From Alphaproteobacteria bacterium (GTDB lineage Bacteria; Pseudomonadota; Alphaproteobacteria; UBA828), in NCBI GenBank assembly GCA_963422645.2, contig CAXXVO010000002.1, positions 96,001-160,000 on the forward strand: a DNA stretch of 64,000 nt, in the 5' to 3' direction. Below the pieces are notes generated by a model. It had not been told where the DNA came from. It did no database searches and worked only from the letters and a program-made list of their open reading frames with translations. A program made the translations under genes and the position numbers. Shown here one piece after another: positions 60,614 to 64,000 of the stretch; positions within the stretch are counted from its first letter, which is position 1; every line of letters starts with the position of its first letter.

Positions 60614-63125
60614 CAGACTTCCTGACCTCGTGATGCTGGCTGTTCTGGGCAGCGTGCCGGGAACTCCTTGAATTCTGATACATTTCGGTTGTTTCAGGCG
60701 GTTTTTCGCTGGGTGTCGCGCCCGAGGTCTGATATTATAATTTGATACCAATTGCACGGTCTCAACCATGCCCAGTACCCTCCCAATGTGCCCTCCAGAG
60801 GCGGTCTCGATCGGCAACAGCTGCTTCGCCGTCCTGATCTCGGACGACACCTTCACCTACTTTTCCAACCTCATTCCCTTTGACAGCCACGCCGCCGATG
60901 ACCGCACGGCCATGCTCTTGCGGATCGGCCGCCTCGCGGCGATCAGCGCGGTCTCGCCGCAGGAACTGGCTGACGCTTTCGCTGTCTCGCGCGCGACGGT
61001 GCAGCGCGCACGACGGCGCTACCTGGCCGAGGGCGAAGCGGGGTTCATGAAGCCCCGGCGCGGTCGCGGGCCGTCGGTGTTCACTCCGGAGTTGGCGGAG
61101 AAGGCGACGGCGTTGCTGGCATCGGGCCTGAGCGGCTCTGCGGCGGCCCGGGTTCTCGGCGTGTCAGCGCCATCGGTCAACAAGTGGCGCCGTCAGGGAC
61201 TGATCGGCAACACGGAGGCGGATGGGGAGCCCGGACGCTCAGCGCTGGCTGCGCCGCCTGACGCGGGTGCGGCTCCTGAAGGCCGTGTCGATGAAGAGAG
61301 TACCGGTGCCCCGGGGCCGGAGACGGCGCCGGGGCTGGAAGCGCAGCCGCAAACGGATCGCAGCGCGCGCGATCGGCGGGACCGGCAGGCGCCGATGGGG
61401 CGTGCGACTTGCGATGTTCCGGCTCGGGTTCTGGCCAGTTGTGGACAGGCGGGGCCGGTCGAACCGCAGTTCGCCGCCGCCGCCCGCGGTGTCCGCTTCG
61501 GCGGCGTGCTCGCCGCCCTGCCGGCCCTGCTGAAGGAAGGTCTTCTCTCCGAGACCGGTCTCCTGCCATTGCTGCCGAAGGGCTATTACGGCTTGCCTAC
61601 GATCCTGCTCTTCCTGGCCTTCATGACCTTGGCGCGGGTGCGCAACCCCGAGAGCCTGCGCTACCAGGCGCCGGGCGAATGGGGCGCCATTCTCGGCCTC
61701 GATCGCTGCCCCGAGGTCAAGACGCTGCGCCGCAAGATCGCTCTCATCGCCGACGACGAGGCCGGCGTGCGGGCGTGGCAGCTCGCCCTTGCCAGGCGCT
61801 GGCAAGGCCGACGAGCCGGAGCTCTGGGCGACGCTGGCCATCGACGGGCACGTCAAGGTCTACTCCGGCCGCAAGGGGCGCTTGCCCAAGCACTTCGTCT
61901 CGCGCGAGAAGCTGTGCCTGCCGGCGAGCGCCAGCTACTGGATCAACGCTCTGGGCGGCAAGCCGCTGCTCTGTCTGCACAAGCCGCTGGACCCGAAGAT
62001 GGTCGCGGCCATCGAAGCCGACGTGGTGCCGGCGCTGCAGGAGCTTGGGATCGTTGGCGCCGGGGCGCCGGACCTGACCGCCGAGCATCCCGGCCAGCCG
62101 GCGCTCACCCTGGTCTTCGACCGCGAGGGCTGGAGCCCGGATCTGTTCCGCCGGCTGGCGAGGCGCGGCGTCGCCTGCCTGACCTGGCACAAGAACTTCA
62201 GGGGCGAGGACTGGCCGGCCGAGGACTTCGGCGCGATGACCGTTCCCATTCACGGACCGGCGGCGGACGGCAGCGCCACCATGCGGCTGGCTGAGAAGCC
62301 GGTGACGTTGCCGAACGGCTTCAGGGTGCGCCAGATCCGCCGCCTGCTCGACAACGGCCGTCAGGTGCCGCTGATCACCACCGATCCGCACAAGCCGATG
62401 GCTGAGGTTGCGGGCGCCATGTTCTCGCGCTGGTCGCAGGAGAACTTCTTCAAGTACATGCGTGACGAGTTCAATCTCGACGCCCTGCCGACCCACGAGC
62501 TCGAGCCTCTCGATCCCGCCGCCATGGTCGTCAACCCGCTGCGGCGGGCCTATGACAAGGCAATCCATCGCCTCGACCGCCAGCTTGGCCGCCTGCGCAA
62601 CCGCATCGCCGACACGGCCCGGAAGAAGCAGCCGACGGCGGAACTCAGGAGGGAAGTCAGGGACCTCCAGGATGTCCGCGACATCGTCAGGGCCAGCCGC
62701 AGGGAGACGCCCAAGCACTGCCGGGCCGGCGACCTCGACGAAGCCGAGCAGCTCGATGCCTTGCCCGCGCGCGAGCGCCTCCTCCTCGACGTCATCCGGA
62801 TGATCGCCTACCGCGCCGAAACCCGCATGATGATTCCCGTCATGCAGGCGCAGGGCCACAAGCCCCATCCCCGGAAACTGCTTCAAGCGCTGCTCACCGC
62901 CGATGCCGACATCCTGCCGGATCCTGGCAATGGCCTCCTGCGGGTCCACATTCTTGGCCTCGCAAACGACGCCTGCGACCGTTGGATCGATGCGGTTCTG
63001 AGCGACCTGAACGCCACCGAAACGGTCTTCCCCGGCACCCGTCTGCGCATAGTCTACGACATCGACGGGGCCTCGGAATCCGCGCGGCTCGTGTCACCTA
63101 AAATCAGCAGAGGTCAGGAAGTCTG
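60614..63125 (+). mobile_element. Unclassified IS, 2512 bp, with a large transposase (60768-63126, frameshift near 61806)
   Basis: 16-bp perfect IR CAGACTTCCTGACCTC; 5-bp TSD ATATT; N-terminal HTHs; IDGH, FDREG and RWSQENFFK DDE-like motifs. Confidence 0.85.
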
Positions 63126-63596
63126 ATATTGTGACCCGCAAGCCCCAATGTCCCTTGAAGAACCGACAGTCGCGCTTGCTTGTTCGCCGAGGCATCGACG
63201 AGCCACTCCGAGACGAGCGACCCGAAGGGCTCGTCCACCTTGCCCTCGACACCAAGCACCGCAAAACCCTCGCCGTCGCCAATCAGCGCCAGCAGGTCCG
63301 TCTGGCTGGGCCGCCCGCGGGAGCGAAGATCGGTCTCTTTCTCGAAGAAGCCCTCGATAAGCTCCATGCCCCGGAATTCTTCCGCCTGATGCAGGATCGC
63401 ACCCACCTGGTCAGGAATGCCTTTCGCTCCCACCCAGGAACAGGCCAGCTCGTAGGCTGAGTATCCCTTCTTCCAATGCCGCTCCTGCTTCGCCAAGTAC
63501 GGAATTATATCCTCGGGCCTCGTGATCGGCGCGGCAAAGAAGAGTCTATCGGTCATTCGAAAGTGCAATACCACTTGCTTGGAGCAGAAAGATGTT

Positions 63597-63833
63597 GTAA
63601 CTACCCAGGTACCCAATCCTGAGTTGAGGACGGTGATTATGGCGGCGGCCGCGGCCTGGTTCTGCCACCGCGATTGGTTCTTGACCTCATAGAGTTGCGG
63701 GACTATGGACTGCTCTCTCGCGTGACGGGAGCGGTCCATGGGGTATTTCGGCTCGAAGGCGACAGCAGGTCTGTGCCAAGCGCTGATTGCGCTGATGCCG
63801 CCGCACTCCGTCTACATCGAAAGCCACCTTGGG
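63597..63833 (+). mobile_element. Left end of a second methyltransferase-bearing IS66-type element; methyltransferase 63738-63833 interrupted by IS21
   Basis: GTAACTACCCAGGTACCC identical to 49017-49034; MGYFGSKATAGLCQALIALMPPHSVYIESHLG is 29/32 identical to the 49169 protein. Confidence 0.85.
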
Positions 63834-64000
63834 TGTCAATCGGCTTTCAATACTGACCCCCGATCGGCGTGCAAAATTGACCCCCCTGAGTGGCACGGCG
63901 GAGGTTGTCCCGGTAGCCAATAGGGGGGACCCGCGCGGCTTCGTGTGGCGCCCTGCGCTACGCGGAGCGAAGCCGCGTGGGGGGTCCCTGTTGGCCCACC
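63834..64000 (-). mobile_element. End of an IS21-family element (continues beyond the window)
   Basis: TGTCAATCGGC..TGACCCCC-GATCGGCG..AAAATTGACCCCCC with tandem ~24-bp subterminal repeats typical of IS21 ends. Confidence 0.75.

Larger units (their letters stand above)
59300..63556 (-). pseudogene. PD-(D/E)xK-like nuclease-fold gene (resembles DUF6946), split by two ISs
   Basis: MTDRL..HWKKGYSAYELA..SQTDL..VEGKVDEPFG..GHNI | SKLRYQLLHRTAAA..MLVHSF..LGWVAD* is rejoined in frame after removing both elements. Confidence 0.7.

Noticed and set aside
63104-63739. 211-aa ORF as listed in the track
   Set aside because: Its N-terminus is antisense IS66 end sequence and its C-terminus runs into an IS; the real gene starts at 63556 and continues below 59552

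Overview
High-GC alphaproteobacterial chromosome segment (Rhodospirillales-like gene order). The first ~30 kb is mostly intact housekeeping: cfa-rplI-rpsR-rpsF, fabD-fabG-acpP-fabF-mltG-yicC-gmk, rsmA-surA-lptDGF, tRNA-Cys, ygfZ, ppdK and glyQS. Roughly 30-46 kb holds accessory catabolic and transport genes, and 46-64 kb is a dense pile of nested insertion sequences (IS66, IS1595, IS4, IS630, IS5, IS110, IS21 and one unclassified IS) around a zwf-pgl-edd block, a FitAB/VapBC pair and remnants of a nuclease/restriction-modification locus. Four observations stand out. (1) An IS110 element has a non-coding left end containing segments that match both insertion flanks and its own right end around a CT core, i.e. 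a readable candidate bridge RNA. (2) Its target is one of two 92-bp IS21-like miniature elements that bracket the Entner-Doudoroff genes in inverted orientation. (3) An IS66-type element, seen twice, carries a DNA adenine methyltransferase-like gene that in the complete copy overlaps the transposase start. (4) An IS4 transposase has an N-terminal DUF4338/DruA-like domain. All assignments come from manual reading of the sequence and recalled motifs; no database searches were run.
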